Source: an uncultured Desulfarculus sp. (GTDB lineage Bacteria > Desulfobacterota > Desulfarculia > Desulfarculales > Desulfarculaceae). From it: a stretch of 64,000 bases of DNA. The notes beneath the pieces were generated by a model. It was not told the DNA's origin and did no database searches. It saw only the letters and a program-made list of their open reading frames with translations. Of this stretch, positions 1-9,810 are shown one piece after another (position 1 is the stretch's first letter; every line of letters starts with the position of its first letter). Location of the stretch: assembly GCA_963665125.2 (NCBI GenBank), contig CAXXUK010000002.1, positions 640,001 to 704,000 on the forward strand, read 5' to 3'. The position numbers and the translations under genes are program-made.

Positions 1-322
1 CCATGTCGACGATGACGAACAGAAGACACATCGTCACGGCGCCGATGGCCAGGAACTCACCCAAAATGGTGATGCGTCCGAAGGTCTTGTAGTTATGCAG
101 GTAATAGGGCAGAACCAGCATGACTGCCGAGGCGGCCACACCGACCAGGAAGGTAAGCTGGGCGATGTAGAAGCCCCAGGACACGTCGCGGCTAAGGCCG
201 GTGATGGTCAGACCTTGCATGGCCTGAATCACATAGGCGCCGAAGCCGATGCCTATGACCACCAGCAGGGCCAGGACCCAACCCCAGTACTGCTTGTTTC
301 CTTTTAATGCTAGATCAAGCAT
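1..322 (-). CDS. dsrP: DsrP (NrfD/PsrC-family membrane subunit), 5' part only, truncated by window edge
   Basis: Manual translation from ATG at 322: MLDLALKGNKQYWGW...GLTITGLSRDVSWGFYIAQLTFLVGVAASAVMLVLPYY; NrfD-type motif; directly downstream of dsrO. Confidence 0.93.
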   Translation of the reverse strand, partial: MLDLALKGNKQYWGWVLALLVVIGIGFGAYVIQAMQGLTITGLSRDVSWGFYIAQLTFLVGVAASAVMLVLPYYLHNYKTFGRITILGEFLAIGAVTMCLLFVIVDM

Positions 323-330
323 GACTTCCC

Positions 331-1179
331 CTAAATCAGGTAGAACACCTGGGGCTCGGTGCCCAGGCTGGGTTTACGCCTAATGCTGTAGCGATCGCTC
401 AATGCCCTGCGGACATCGGAGCCGGCGTCGGCCATATCGCCGAAGAACAGCACCCCGGGTGCGGCCTGCACGCAAGCGGGCATCTGGCCGATGGCCAACA
501 GCTCGGCGCAGAAGTTGCACTTCTCGACCACGCCCTTGGTGCGGGTGGGGTATTCGGAAGTGACTTCGTCCAGGCGCGGCTTGCCGGTTTCGGGGTCCTT
601 CTGGTTGAAGTAGGCGGCCCGCGGGTCCTTGAAGTTGAACGAACGGGAGCCATAGGGGCACGCGGCCATGCAGAAACGGCAGCCGATGCAGCGGTGCATG
701 TCCATCATCACGATACCGTCGGCACGCTGGAAGGTGGCCTGGGTGGGACATACGCGCACGCACGGCGGATTCACGCAGTGGTTGCAAAGGGCCAAGACCT
801 TGGAGTGCATCACGTCGCCGGGAATGTACTGGTTTTCCTTCTCGGTGAAGGCATGACCGAACTCAGTCTCCCAGATCCACTTGATCTCCTGCTTGATTGG
901 CCGGCCGTCTTCGTCGAGATACTGCGGCACGTTGTGCTGCTTGGTGCAGGCCTCGACAGCCGCGCTACAGGATTTGTCATCGAGCTTGGTGATATCGATG
1001 GCCATGCCCCAGCGGCCGCCCGCGCTAAGCGGAATACCCGACGGGTTCTTGACATATTTGGTTTCCAGCTCGGCGGCCTCTAGCGCCCCGGGTTTGAGCA
1101 ACTGCCACCCGGCGCTCAGACCGACGGCTGCGCCGATGCCCGTGACCTTGAGGAATTTCCTTCTATCCCAGGTCATCAC
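331..1179 (-). CDS. dsrO: DsrO, periplasmic 4Fe-4S protein of the DsrMKJOP complex
   Basis: Tat signal (DRRKFLK); CNHCVNPPCVRVCP, CIGCRFCMAACP and KCNFC motifs; operon context. Confidence 0.95.
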   Translation of the reverse strand: MMTWDRRKFLKVTGIGAAVGLSAGWQLLKPGALEAAELETKYVKNPSGIPLSAGGRWGMAIDITKLDDKSCSAAVEACTKQHNVPQYLDEDGRPIKQEIKWIWETEFGHAFTEKENQYIPGDVMHSKVLALCNHCVNPPCVRVCPTQATFQRADGIVMMDMHRCIGCRFCMAACPYGSRSFNFKDPRAAYFNQKDPETGKPRLDEVTSEYPTRTKGVVEKCNFCAELLAIGQMPACVQAAPGVLFFGDMADAGSDVRRALSDRYSIRRKPSLGTEPQVFYLI

Positions 1180-1595
1180 TTCACCTCCTTGGGTTCGAGG
1201 TGGCAGTCCCAGCAGTAGGGGCTAATGGCCATGTAGTTATGGCAGCTGTCACAGAATGTCTTTTTGTTGCTATGGCACTTCATGCATTCGCTGGTCAGGC
1301 TGATTTTGTACTGGGCCACGGTTTTGCCGTTTTCGTCTTCAACGACAAAGATGCGGTCCTGCTGGCGGACTACATGGTCGCGCCAGTTGTCCAAGAGCAC
1401 CATGTGCGAGGTGCGCATGTAGTCCTTGCCCATTACGCAGGTCTCCGGCAGGTTCGCCTTTTTGGCGTACTCCAAGGCCGGCTTGGCGTCCGGCTTGGGC
1501 GGCGTGGAGGCGCTGCCGACGTTGGACCATAGCGGGTATGTGAAGATCACCAGGAATATTACGATTCCGGTGATGACCGGTTTGCTGTCGTACAT
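1176..1595 (-). CDS. dsrJ: DsrJ, triheme cytochrome c
   Basis: Three CxxCH motifs (CMKCH, CDSCH, CWDCH); MRTSHMVLLDNWRD motif; N-terminal TM helix. Confidence 0.95.
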   Translation of the reverse strand: MYDSKPVITGIVIFLVIFTYPLWSNVGSASTPPKPDAKPALEYAKKANLPETCVMGKDYMRTSHMVLLDNWRDHVVRQQDRIFVVEDENGKTVAQYKISLTSECMKCHSNKKTFCDSCHNYMAISPYCWDCHLEPKEVK

Positions 1596-1597
1596 GA

Positions 1598-3223
1598 CTA
1601 GCCCTCCTCTCCGGCATCATCGGCCTCGCGGCCGGGAATTTCCTCGCCGCGGAGGTTGTACTCGCGGTCGCCTTCGCCTTCCATGATCAGAGCGTTGGCC
1701 ACAAGCTCGGTAACGCCGCAGACATCCACGCCAGGCACCCAGAAGTCCATCAGGGCCGGGAACACGGCGCGGTCGATGGCGCAAACGCAGCTGAGCATGT
1801 TGACGCCGTGCTCTTCGTGGACCTGCCGCACGGCGTTGGCCCTGGGCAGGCCGCCGCGCAGGCGCATTTCAAGATACTCGCCGGCGTTGAGGCCCGAACC
1901 GCTGCCGCAGCAGAAGGTCTGCTCGCGGATGGTCTGGGGGGGCATTTCGTAGAAGTTGTTGCAGACGTTGTTGATAACGTAACGTGGCTCCTCGAACATG
2001 CCCATGCCACGGGCCGGGTTGCACGAGTCGTGATAGGTCACCTTGATATGGTCGTTGCGGCTGGGATCGAGCTTGAGCTTGTCGTGCTTGATCAAGTCCG
2101 CCGTGAACTCGGTGATGTGGACCATCTTGGTGGAGTTGGCGTTTTCAAAGGCCGTGCCCGTGATAGGACTAACGGGCTTCTCCAGGAAGTCGGCCGGGCC
2201 GTTCATCGTATCCATGTACTGGTTGATGACGCGCCACATGTGGCCGCACTCGCCGCCGATGATGTACTTGACGCCCAAGCGCTCGGCTTCCGCGTACATT
2301 TTTCGGTTGAGCTTGCGCATGGTTTCGTGGCTGGTGAAGAAGCCGAAGTTGCCGCCCTCGGAGGCGTATGTGCTCCAGGTGTAATCAAGGCCGATGTGCT
2401 CGAAAAGCATCAGGTAACCCATGAAGGTGAAGATGCCCGGCTCGGCGAAGATGTCGCCCGAAGGGGTGACGAACAGGATCTCGGCGCCCTTTTTGTTGAA
2501 CGGCGGATCAATGCGCACGCCGACGTATTCCTCGATGTCGTCCAGGAGATATTCGGCATTTTCCTTGTAGGTGTGCGGCTGCAGGCCCAGGTGGTTGCCG
2601 GTGCGGCTGCAGTTGGCCACCGGGGTGCCGATCCAGTCGATCTGGCAACCCACCAGGTTCAACAGCTCACGGGCGATGATGGTGATCTCGGCCGTGTCGA
2701 TGCCGTAGGGGCAGAACAGGCTGCAACGGCGGCATTCCGAGCACTGAAAGAAGTAGTAGAACCACTCTTTGAGTACGTCTTCGGTAAGTTCGCGGCCGCC
2801 GGCCATCTTCTTGAGGACTTTGCCCAGGGCGGTGAAGTCCTGGCGGTAGACGCTACGGAGCAACTCGGCCCGCAGCACCGGCATGTTTTTGGGGTCGCCG
2901 GAACCGATGAAAAAGTGGCACTTGTCGGCGCAGGCGCCGCAACGCACACAGATGTCCATGAACAGCTTGAAGCTGCGGAACCGGTCCAGGCGGTCCTTGA
3001 TGCCGGTTTTTATGATGCCCTGCCAGTCGGCGGGCAATTTCCAGTCGCTGTCGGTGGGGCTCCACTCACGAGGGTTGGGCGCGTGGACGTATTCCAAAGA
3101 TTCAGGCTTGACCGCGTAGAGATAGGTGCCCTCGCGGAACTCCGGCTTGGTGTCCATCCAGGGCTGTTTGGGCGGCTTGTGGCTAATCTGGCCCAGTACA
3201 TCTGCGCTTAATTTTTTTGCCAT
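1598..3223 (-). CDS. dsrK: DsrK, HdrD-like catalytic Fe-S subunit
   Basis: CVRCGACADKC and CSECRRCSLFCP ferredoxin motifs; CCG domain (HDSCN...CCGSG). Confidence 0.96.
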   Translation of the reverse strand: MAKKLSADVLGQISHKPPKQPWMDTKPEFREGTYLYAVKPESLEYVHAPNPREWSPTDSDWKLPADWQGIIKTGIKDRLDRFRSFKLFMDICVRCGACADKCHFFIGSGDPKNMPVLRAELLRSVYRQDFTALGKVLKKMAGGRELTEDVLKEWFYYFFQCSECRRCSLFCPYGIDTAEITIIARELLNLVGCQIDWIGTPVANCSRTGNHLGLQPHTYKENAEYLLDDIEEYVGVRIDPPFNKKGAEILFVTPSGDIFAEPGIFTFMGYLMLFEHIGLDYTWSTYASEGGNFGFFTSHETMRKLNRKMYAEAERLGVKYIIGGECGHMWRVINQYMDTMNGPADFLEKPVSPITGTAFENANSTKMVHITEFTADLIKHDKLKLDPSRNDHIKVTYHDSCNPARGMGMFEEPRYVINNVCNNFYEMPPQTIREQTFCCGSGSGLNAGEYLEMRLRGGLPRANAVRQVHEEHGVNMLSCVCAIDRAVFPALMDFWVPGVDVCGVTELVANALIMEGEGDREYNLRGEEIPGREADDAGEEG

Positions 3224-3226
3224 GGT

Positions 3227-4294
3227 TTATTCCTTTTCCCCCTGGTCGTCAGCAGGCTCTTCCTGGGGCTCCAGCGGCTTGTCCACCGGCAGACCGGCCT
3301 CGACCATCAGCTCACGGAACTCGTCCTCATAGGCCTCGTAGGTGTGATACTTGACAGGCTCGGTCATCCAGGGGTTGATATGACGCACGGAACGGCTGTT
3401 GTTGGCCAGGTTGCGGGTGGGGCTCAGGAACACGCCGCCCATGTGCACCAGCTTGCTGAACGGGAAGTAGGCAAACAGGACGCTGACCAAGAACAGGTGC
3501 ACGTAGAACATGCCGCTGATGCCATCGGGAACCGTCGGGCTCAGCGTGGCCAGGCCCATGGTGAGTTCCTTGATGGTGACGACATCCACACGGATGAGGT
3601 AGCGCTGCAATATGCCGGTCAGGGCGATGCCGATTATCAGAAACAGCGGGAAATAGTCGGCCGGCAGGCTGATGTAGCGCACCTGGGGAATCCACAGGCG
3701 GCGGATCAACAGCAGCGTGGCCATGCCGCCGAGCACCAGACCCGAAAGCAGCAGAGCCGGCAGGCCGATCTCGATGAACGGGGTCATGACCTCGACCTTG
3801 AAAATGCTGTCGGCTTTTTCCAAAAGCTGGATCCAGCCGGGGATGGGGTCGGTGAAGAAACGCGCATGCCTGAGCAGGGTCACCAGGAAGCTGTAGTGGA
3901 ACAGGATCGCGAACAGCCAGAGAAATTTCTCGGAGCTGTAACGGATCTTGGGCCCTTCCCGGAAATCCAGTTTCATATTCCGGAAAAGGCTCCGGAACAA
4001 CAGCACTTCAATCGCCATGCGGATAAAGGCCATGCCGCCAGTCGAGGGGTTCTCGATGGCTTGGGGCTTGATCCACGGCAGCGATTTTTCCTGGCCCGCG
4101 GTAGTGGGGATGCGGAAGGGCACAGGCGATTTGGCCCAATCCACGACGCGGTAGACCATCCCGATAAAGAAGGTCAGAACCGCGGCGTAGGGTACGATCA
4201 CCCCGAACAAAACGCGGAGGCCAGCCCCCTCAACTCCCACATAAGCGATTACGCCCAGAACGATAACCGCTAGTAAAGAGATGATGACGTTCAT
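3227..4294 (-). CDS. dsrM: DsrM, NarI-like cytochrome b subunit
   Basis: Multiple TM helices; conserved His (FHYSF, LRH, YVHLFL, SKLVH); SPVPFRIPTT and SPTRN motifs. Confidence 0.96.
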   Translation of the reverse strand: MNVIISLLAVIVLGVIAYVGVEGAGLRVLFGVIVPYAAVLTFFIGMVYRVVDWAKSPVPFRIPTTAGQEKSLPWIKPQAIENPSTGGMAFIRMAIEVLLFRSLFRNMKLDFREGPKIRYSSEKFLWLFAILFHYSFLVTLLRHARFFTDPIPGWIQLLEKADSIFKVEVMTPFIEIGLPALLLSGLVLGGMATLLLIRRLWIPQVRYISLPADYFPLFLIIGIALTGILQRYLIRVDVVTIKELTMGLATLSPTVPDGISGMFYVHLFLVSVLFAYFPFSKLVHMGGVFLSPTRNLANNSRSVRHINPWMTEPVKYHTYEAYEDEFRELMVEAGLPVDKPLEPQEEPADDQGEKE

Positions 4295-4315
4295 AAACTG
4301 CTACCTCGCTTCCTG

Positions 4316-4858
4316 TTAACTTTCACTTTCGCCGTCATCCTCATCCGGCCCCTCCTGCTCCACCAGCATTCCCGCGCGGCGAAACAGCATGAAGGCGTTG
4401 GATTGCAGTTCCTTGGCCTTGAGCTTGTAGATGTCCTCGCGCACGGTCATGTAAATTTCGAAGGAGATCAGAGCCAAACGGTCTATCTCCTTGTCCATCT
4501 CCCACAATTCGTCGGCAAGGGCGCCCTTTTTCAGTTCGCCCGAAAGCTCCAAGCGGATTGCATGCTTGAGGGCGAAAACGAATGCGAGAGCCTCGGACGG
4601 GGTGAAGTCCTGAATGGCCCGGATGCGGATGATGTTATCCAAAAATTCCGACGCCTTGGTCGGCTCGACTCCCGTGAGGATCAAGTCGAAAAGGCGTTCT
4701 GTTTCGATGTTGATGGTAGCACCCACCGGGTTAGCGAAGCGGTCCTTTTTACTTTTTAAAAACTGGGCCGTTTCAGCGGGGTATGTTTCTACGATGCTTT
4801 CCATCCAGCGCTTGACGATAGCGCTCTTTTTTTTGGCCAGTAGTTCCTTGAGTGCCAT
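4316..4858 (-). CDS. dsrT: DsrT (RsbRD N-terminal domain protein)
   Basis: DRFANPVG and IRIRAIQDFTPSEA motifs; upstream of dsrM; likely start ATG 4858 (ORF track extends to 4894). Confidence 0.9.
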   Translation of the reverse strand: MALKELLAKKKSAIVKRWMESIVETYPAETAQFLKSKKDRFANPVGATINIETERLFDLILTGVEPTKASEFLDNIIRIRAIQDFTPSEALAFVFALKHAIRLELSGELKKGALADELWEMDKEIDRLALISFEIYMTVREDIYKLKAKELQSNAFMLFRRAGMLVEQEGPDEDDGESES

Positions 4859-4907
4859 GCTTAAAAAGATGTTCCTTACGCAGTCGACAGCCACGGCAAA
4901 CCGAACC

Positions 4908-4936
4908 GTTCGAAATATTTAGTTAATATTTCGAAC
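4908..4936. promoter_or_regulatory. Perfect 12-bp inverted repeat upstream of dsrT (candidate operator)
   Basis: GTTCGAAATATT-tagtt-AATATTTCGAAC, about 50 bp before the dsrT start. Confidence 0.55.
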
Positions 4937-5267
4937 ATGCCGCGGCTGGGTCGCGAGTTTAGTTTTTTATCCGGTTAATACGCCGAAACGTTTAGATATC
5001 ACATAGTTTGCCGACCCGTCAAGATCGGCGCGCCCACACTTTCGGCGCACACCAATCGGCTAATAATTAGTTAGCGTCGAAACAAACGCTCCTCTCCCAC
5101 ATCTTAGCCGACATCTACGGCATAGACCATTTTTTACATGTTCTGTCAAGTACAATCGGCATTTGAGGCCCCAACCGGCGGAGCAAAAACAGGGGCGCGG
5201 GCTTAACCACGGAGTCAATTATCCGTGGCCGGGCCCGTAGTTCCAATTGCCTCTTGGCGGGTGGTGC

Positions 5268-6384
5268 CTATTTGGCCGTTGCGCTCACGTCGGGAAAGCC
5301 GGAATCTACTCCGGTAACCGGTATGGTAAGCACCCGCTTTCCCTCGGGGTCCATGGCCTTGAACTCCACCTTTTTGATCGTCAGGTTGTTATAAGTTCGG
5401 AAGTAAATCCGCAGGTTTGTCAGATCGTTTACGGTGGTCCACTGGGTGAGGTCGTATGCGGTCTCGCCGCCGGACGATACAGCCCTGGACGCGCCGATGG
5501 GGATATCGATGTTGTTGATGATGTGCCAGGCCAGATTGACGCCCTGGGCAGCGGTTTTCACCGGGAGGGCGTTTTGGGCCAGGGCCACGGCGCGGACAAA
5601 CCGCGAGGGAGGGGTGAAGTCGCCGGGCAGGCCCAGCAAGCCCGAGCCCTGGCCGGTGGCGCTGAGCTTGAGCTTGCGCATGTCCAGATCCGGCACATTG
5701 ACCGCCGACAGGTTTACGTAGTTGCGCAGGTTGATAATGTGCCAGTCAAAGGTCGGCGCATTGGTGGTCACGCCCACCGGATTGTCGAAGATATTCAGCT
5801 TGCCTTGGGTGTATTCGATCACGATTGCCGCGCCGGTGTTGTCAACCACGATGCAGTGCATGGGCATGACATAGCCCTTGCCAAAAGGCTCAAAAGGCGC
5901 GTCGACCACCCGTATGCCCGTCATGGCCTGGTTTCACCTGGCCGACATCCGGAAAATTGCCCAGCAGCCAGTCGCCCAGGTCAACCGGATTCAGACTTTG
6001 GTCCGCCTTGGCGGCTTCCAGGGGCATGTACTTGGCAAAGCCGGGGAAAAAGAATCCGCCCACATACAGGCCCTTTTCGTTCAGGCCCTCCAGGAGGTGT
6101 TTGGTGCCCATCAGGTTCATGCCCATGATGGCGTATTTGTTTTGCCAGGCCTTGCCCGTTAACCCATTCCCCAAATCAGAGGCGAATTTTTGCCCCCTTG
6201 GGAAAAACAAAAGGTTGGATTTGAGCTCAAGACCAACCTCCATGGTCCGGGCGAAGATCACCGTTCCATCGGTGGTTTTCACCTCGACTCCGGTGCAGGC
6301 CCGGGTCGGTCCCGCGCAAGCCAGGGACAAAACAGCCGCCAGGGCGGCGGTGAAGAACAATCTGAAAATCATATGGGAAGCCAT
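5268..6384 (-). pseudogene. Choloylglycine hydrolase / penicillin V acylase family Ntn-hydrolase split by a +1 frameshift
   Basis: ORF 5890-6384 has a signal peptide, N-terminal Cys (CTG), ARTME and GLNEKGL; ORF 5268-5924 has TNAPTFDWH and GLPGDFTPPSRFVRA; one extra base at about 5930 separates the frames. Confidence 0.85.
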
Positions 6385-6532
6385 GGGTTCGTCTCCTAAT
6401 ATTTAGTATGGTGCGCAGGCTGTACTACTTAGATTGACTGCTCTCGGCTGTCCGGTTACAAGCGCATGATATCATTTAATATGGCGCGGATTATCTTATG
6501 GTGGAAAAAACGTACTCTTCCAGGGGAATGAC

Positions 6533-7129
6533 ATGCCCGCTTACACCGGAATAAACCACATGGCCATGGTCACCGGCGACATTGAAGCCACGATACGTTT
6601 CTGGCGCGACCTGCTGGGCATGCGCATGGTCGCCGGCATAGGCCAAAAGGATTTTCAGATCTATTTCTTCGAGGCCGGCGCGGACATGATCGGGTTTTTT
6701 CACTGGCCCGGGGCCAAGCCCATACCGGAAAAAGACCACGGCTTCCCGGCCAAGGGGCCCGTGGCCTTTGACCATGTCTCCATCGGCGTTCAACGGCGTG
6801 ACGAGCTTTGGGACCTCAAGGACCGGCTGGATGCCGCCGGATTCTGGGTGTCCGAGGTGATGGACCTGGGCTTTATCGAGTCGCTGTATTCCTTCGACCC
6901 CAACGGCATTGCCATTGAATTCAGCTGGCCCAAGCCGGGAATCGACCTGCACCGGAGCCCGGCCCTGGTCGGCGGCCGGCCGGCCTCCGCTGCCCTGGAA
7001 GGGCCGGAGCCGCAATCCGGGCATTGGCCCGAGCCAGCCGAACCCACCAAACCCCAAGACAGGGTGACCTATCCCGGCGAAGGCGGCGATTTGGCTGATC
7101 CGGCCAGCAATATCTGGAAAAATGAATAA
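6533..7129 (+). CDS. VOC (glyoxalase/bleomycin-resistance) family protein
   Basis: GINHMAMVT, FDHVSIGV and SLYSFDPNGIAIEF motifs. Confidence 0.88.
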   Translation: MPAYTGINHMAMVTGDIEATIRFWRDLLGMRMVAGIGQKDFQIYFFEAGADMIGFFHWPGAKPIPEKDHGFPAKGPVAFDHVSIGVQRRDELWDLKDRLDAAGFWVSEVMDLGFIESLYSFDPNGIAIEFSWPKPGIDLHRSPALVGGRPASAALEGPEPQSGHWPEPAEPTKPQDRVTYPGEGGDLADPASNIWKNE

Positions 7130-7186
7130 TAACCGCCCCCAGTCCGTATTGGTCCGGGGAGCGGCCTTGGGTTTTGTTTCGCGGCC

Positions 7187-7708
7187 TTATTGCGCCCTGG
7201 TCAGGGTGAACGTGCCCGTATCGCCGTTGGAGTCGGTGTATGTGCCGTTAATGCTGTTTTGCGTATATGCCCCGTGGAATTGCGAACTGTAGCTGCCGCC
7301 ATCGCTTTGGGCAAAGCCAACGTCTATGGTGCCCGGACCGGTTGAATTGCAGGTTCGCCCATCCAGTGTGCCCGTGATCGGCGTCCCATTGACCGTGATC
7401 GTGGCCGTGCCATCGATTGACGTGCCGTTTTGCAGGATATGGGCGCTGATAGGCCCGCTGCCACCGCCGGAATTGCTGGTCCAGGTGCCCGTCCACTGGC
7501 CTGTGAGGAATCCTCCGACGCCGGATTCGGGGGTGGGCAGGGGTGTGGGGGTGTCGCTTGGCGTACCGCTTGGCGTACCGCTTGGAGTATCGCTTGGCGC
7601 CGATGGCGGCGGCTCGTAGGACCCGCTGCCGCCGCCGCTTTGACAGGCTACGATCCAAATCCCAAGCGTCAGCGCCAAAATGACGATGGTGATCGGATGC
7701 TTTTTCAT
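7187..7708 (-). CDS. Putative lipoprotein with Pro/Ser/Thr linker and small beta-rich domain
   Basis: MKK + hydrophobic stretch + IVAC lipobox; GGAGG RBS before ATG 7708; LTGQWTGTWTS...INGTY...GTFTLTR. Confidence 0.75.
   Translation of the reverse strand: MKKHPITIVILALTLGIWIVACQSGGGSGSYEPPPSAPSDTPSGTPSGTPSDTPTPLPTPESGVGGFLTGQWTGTWTSNSGGGSGPISAHILQNGTSIDGTATITVNGTPITGTLDGRTCNSTGPGTIDVGFAQSDGGSYSSQFHGAYTQNSINGTYTDSNGDTGTFTLTRAQ
7551..7598. repeat. 4 x 12-bp imperfect tandem repeat encoding the PSDT/PSGT linker
   Basis: gtgtcgcttggc gtaccgcttggc gtaccgcttgga gtatcgcttggc. Confidence 0.85.
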
Positions 7709-7909
7709 GACAGCCTCCTCATGAAAACCGATCATTCGGCGGATTGCCGCCGCGCAGTTGCGTCCCCCCGCAAACTGCCTGCCCGCATTTGGCGATTTGT
7801 TTGTTTCTAAGTATTATGCTAAATGCCTAGCATATATATGGGCAATAAAAAAATATAATAAATTCAGTTTATTATGATAGGGGCACCGTGGCGTGTGCGG
7901 TTTGTTTCG

Positions 7910-8713
7910 TTAGTGAATGGTTTCGCTGAAGGCGGCGACAAGGCCGTTGATGTGTTCCGGCTCTTCCAGGGTCATGAAATGGCCGCAGTATTCAAGGCGT
8001 TGGAACTTGGTTTGATGGCAGGCGGCCTTGAGTTCGTCGCGGTCGGTGCGCCAGCGTGAACCGGCCACGTACAAAAGCGGCTGTTTGTAGCGCCTGGTGG
8101 CTCCGTCCTGCCAGTTGAGCATTTCCTCCAGCAGCGCGGTCATGACGTGTTGCGGTGTCTGGGCCATGCGCCGCCAGATTTGCTCCTTTAAAGCCGGGTC
8201 GGCCCGGGGCGTGAACAGCGACTCGAAAAAGCCCCTGAACGCCTCCAGGTAGCCGGGCCCCTCCATTTGGTCGATCAGCGGCTCCAGTAGCGGTTCCAAC
8301 TTGGGGCGATGGATGAAAAGAGTGCTGTCCAGGGCTACCATGGCCTTGACCAAACCCGGATGCCGATCGGCCAGCTCCATGGACACGGCCCCGCCCATGC
8401 TATGGCCGACGATAAGTATCTGCTCCCAGCCGAGTCCGGAGCAGATCGCGGCGCAGTCGTCGGCAAATCCGGCAAATGTGTATTTCTGGCGGGGTTTGTC
8501 GCTGAGGCCGTGACCCCGCAGGTCCACGGCAAGCACCTGGTGATTGCCGGCCAGCGCCTTGATCTGATGCGTGAAAAAAGCGCTGTCGCAGCTGTTGCCG
8601 TGGATCAGCAACAGCGGCGGGCCCGAGTCCCCGGCCAGGCGAAAGGCCAGCCGCACGCCGTCATGGCCCAAATATTCGGGCCGGGGCAGTTGTCTCTGGT
8701 CGAACAGAAGCAA
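7910..8713 (-). CDS. Alpha/beta-fold hydrolase
   Basis: HG oxyanion motif, DLRGHGLS, GHSMGG nucleophile elbow, C-terminal GHF. Confidence 0.92.
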   Translation of the reverse strand: MLLFDQRQLPRPEYLGHDGVRLAFRLAGDSGPPLLLIHGNSCDSAFFTHQIKALAGNHQVLAVDLRGHGLSDKPRQKYTFAGFADDCAAICSGLGWEQILIVGHSMGGAVSMELADRHPGLVKAMVALDSTLFIHRPKLEPLLEPLIDQMEGPGYLEAFRGFFESLFTPRADPALKEQIWRRMAQTPQHVMTALLEEMLNWQDGATRRYKQPLLYVAGSRWRTDRDELKAACHQTKFQRLEYCGHFMTLEEPEHINGLVAAFSETIH

Positions 8714-9718
8714 CTATTGCTCCAGGAACACGGTTTTAAAACTGTTTTTCATGCTGACCAGTATCGCGCCCATTTTCCAGGCTTGTTGGTTGGTGCTCGG
8801 ATGACCGTAAACAAATTCCCTGGGGTCATCGTGCACCAACATCAGGCGTAGGGCCGGAAAAGGCGACGACCCGGCGAAACGCATCATGGCCAGGTCGCCC
8901 GAGCTGTTGCCAAAGACCAATACCGGCGGGCCGCCCAGCACCTGCAATAGGTTTTCCGCCTTGGTAAGTTTAAGGTTGAGGCTTTTGACCGCGCCGCCCC
9001 GGACAAACCTGAGCTTCTGGTCGTCCTTGACTGGCACGGTTTCATAACGGGTGCCGATGCATCGTTCGGCCGGAACGCCCAGATACTTTGGCCCGATGGC
9101 CCGCAGCATGAATTGCGGCGAACCCGAGCACAGCCAGACCTGGAAGCCGTTTTGTTTCAGAAGTTCGATGAGTTCAAGCATGGGCTTGTAGATCATCCGG
9201 CGGTAGGGCAGGCTTTTGGCCTTGTTGGTTTGGTCGGCGAAAAACTCGGCGCAGAACTGCTCATAGGCCCCGAAGCTCATTCCGGCGAACGGCGCGCTGA
9301 GGCTGAAGTCGATGTCCTTGAGCAAAAACTCCCTGTCATTGGTTTCGGCGGCCCGGCACAACTTGGCCAACTCGGCCGGCCTGTCCGGCTTGGGGCATAT
9401 CTCGGCCAGCCGGGCCTTGCTGATTTCCATGGCCGTGAACATCGGCTTTTCGCTGATCAAGGTGCCGTCAACGTCGAACACGGCCACCCTCCGGGACGGA
9501 GGTATGAAACCTTTGTCGCCCGGGGTGGACGCGGAGTGGATGTAATCGGTCAACTGCCGTTTGACCATGCCCTGCCACGAGGGCAACTCGTCGTCGGCCC
9601 AGGCCGGCAGGGACAACAGAACCAGCACGACAATAAACACAGACATAAGGTATTTCGATGATGAAGTTGTTCGGCTATTGCAAACCATTGTCAGCACTCC
9701 GCATTTTTTCCGAGCCAT
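8714..9718 (-). CDS. Exported HAD-family hydrolase (acid-phosphatase-like); true start probably 9688 or later
   Basis: AVFDVDGTL motif I, CSGS motif II, GNSSGD motif IV; signal-peptide-like stretch ending AWA. Confidence 0.85.
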   Translation of the reverse strand: MARKKCGVLTMVCNSRTTSSSKYLMSVFIVVLVLLSLPAWADDELPSWQGMVKRQLTDYIHSASTPGDKGFIPPSRRVAVFDVDGTLISEKPMFTAMEISKARLAEICPKPDRPAELAKLCRAAETNDREFLLKDIDFSLSAPFAGMSFGAYEQFCAEFFADQTNKAKSLPYRRMIYKPMLELIELLKQNGFQVWLCSGSPQFMLRAIGPKYLGVPAERCIGTRYETVPVKDDQKLRFVRGGAVKSLNLKLTKAENLLQVLGGPPVLVFGNSSGDLAMMRFAGSSPFPALRLMLVHDDPREFVYGHPSTNQQAWKMGAILVSMKNSFKTVFLEQ

Positions 9719-9810
9719 CGTTCGGCATCCGGCTTGACACCGGCATTTCGGGAACCTAAACTACAAGCTCCATAGCAGAAAAAAACGTCGTCGGGAATGG
9801 GGAATCGAAC

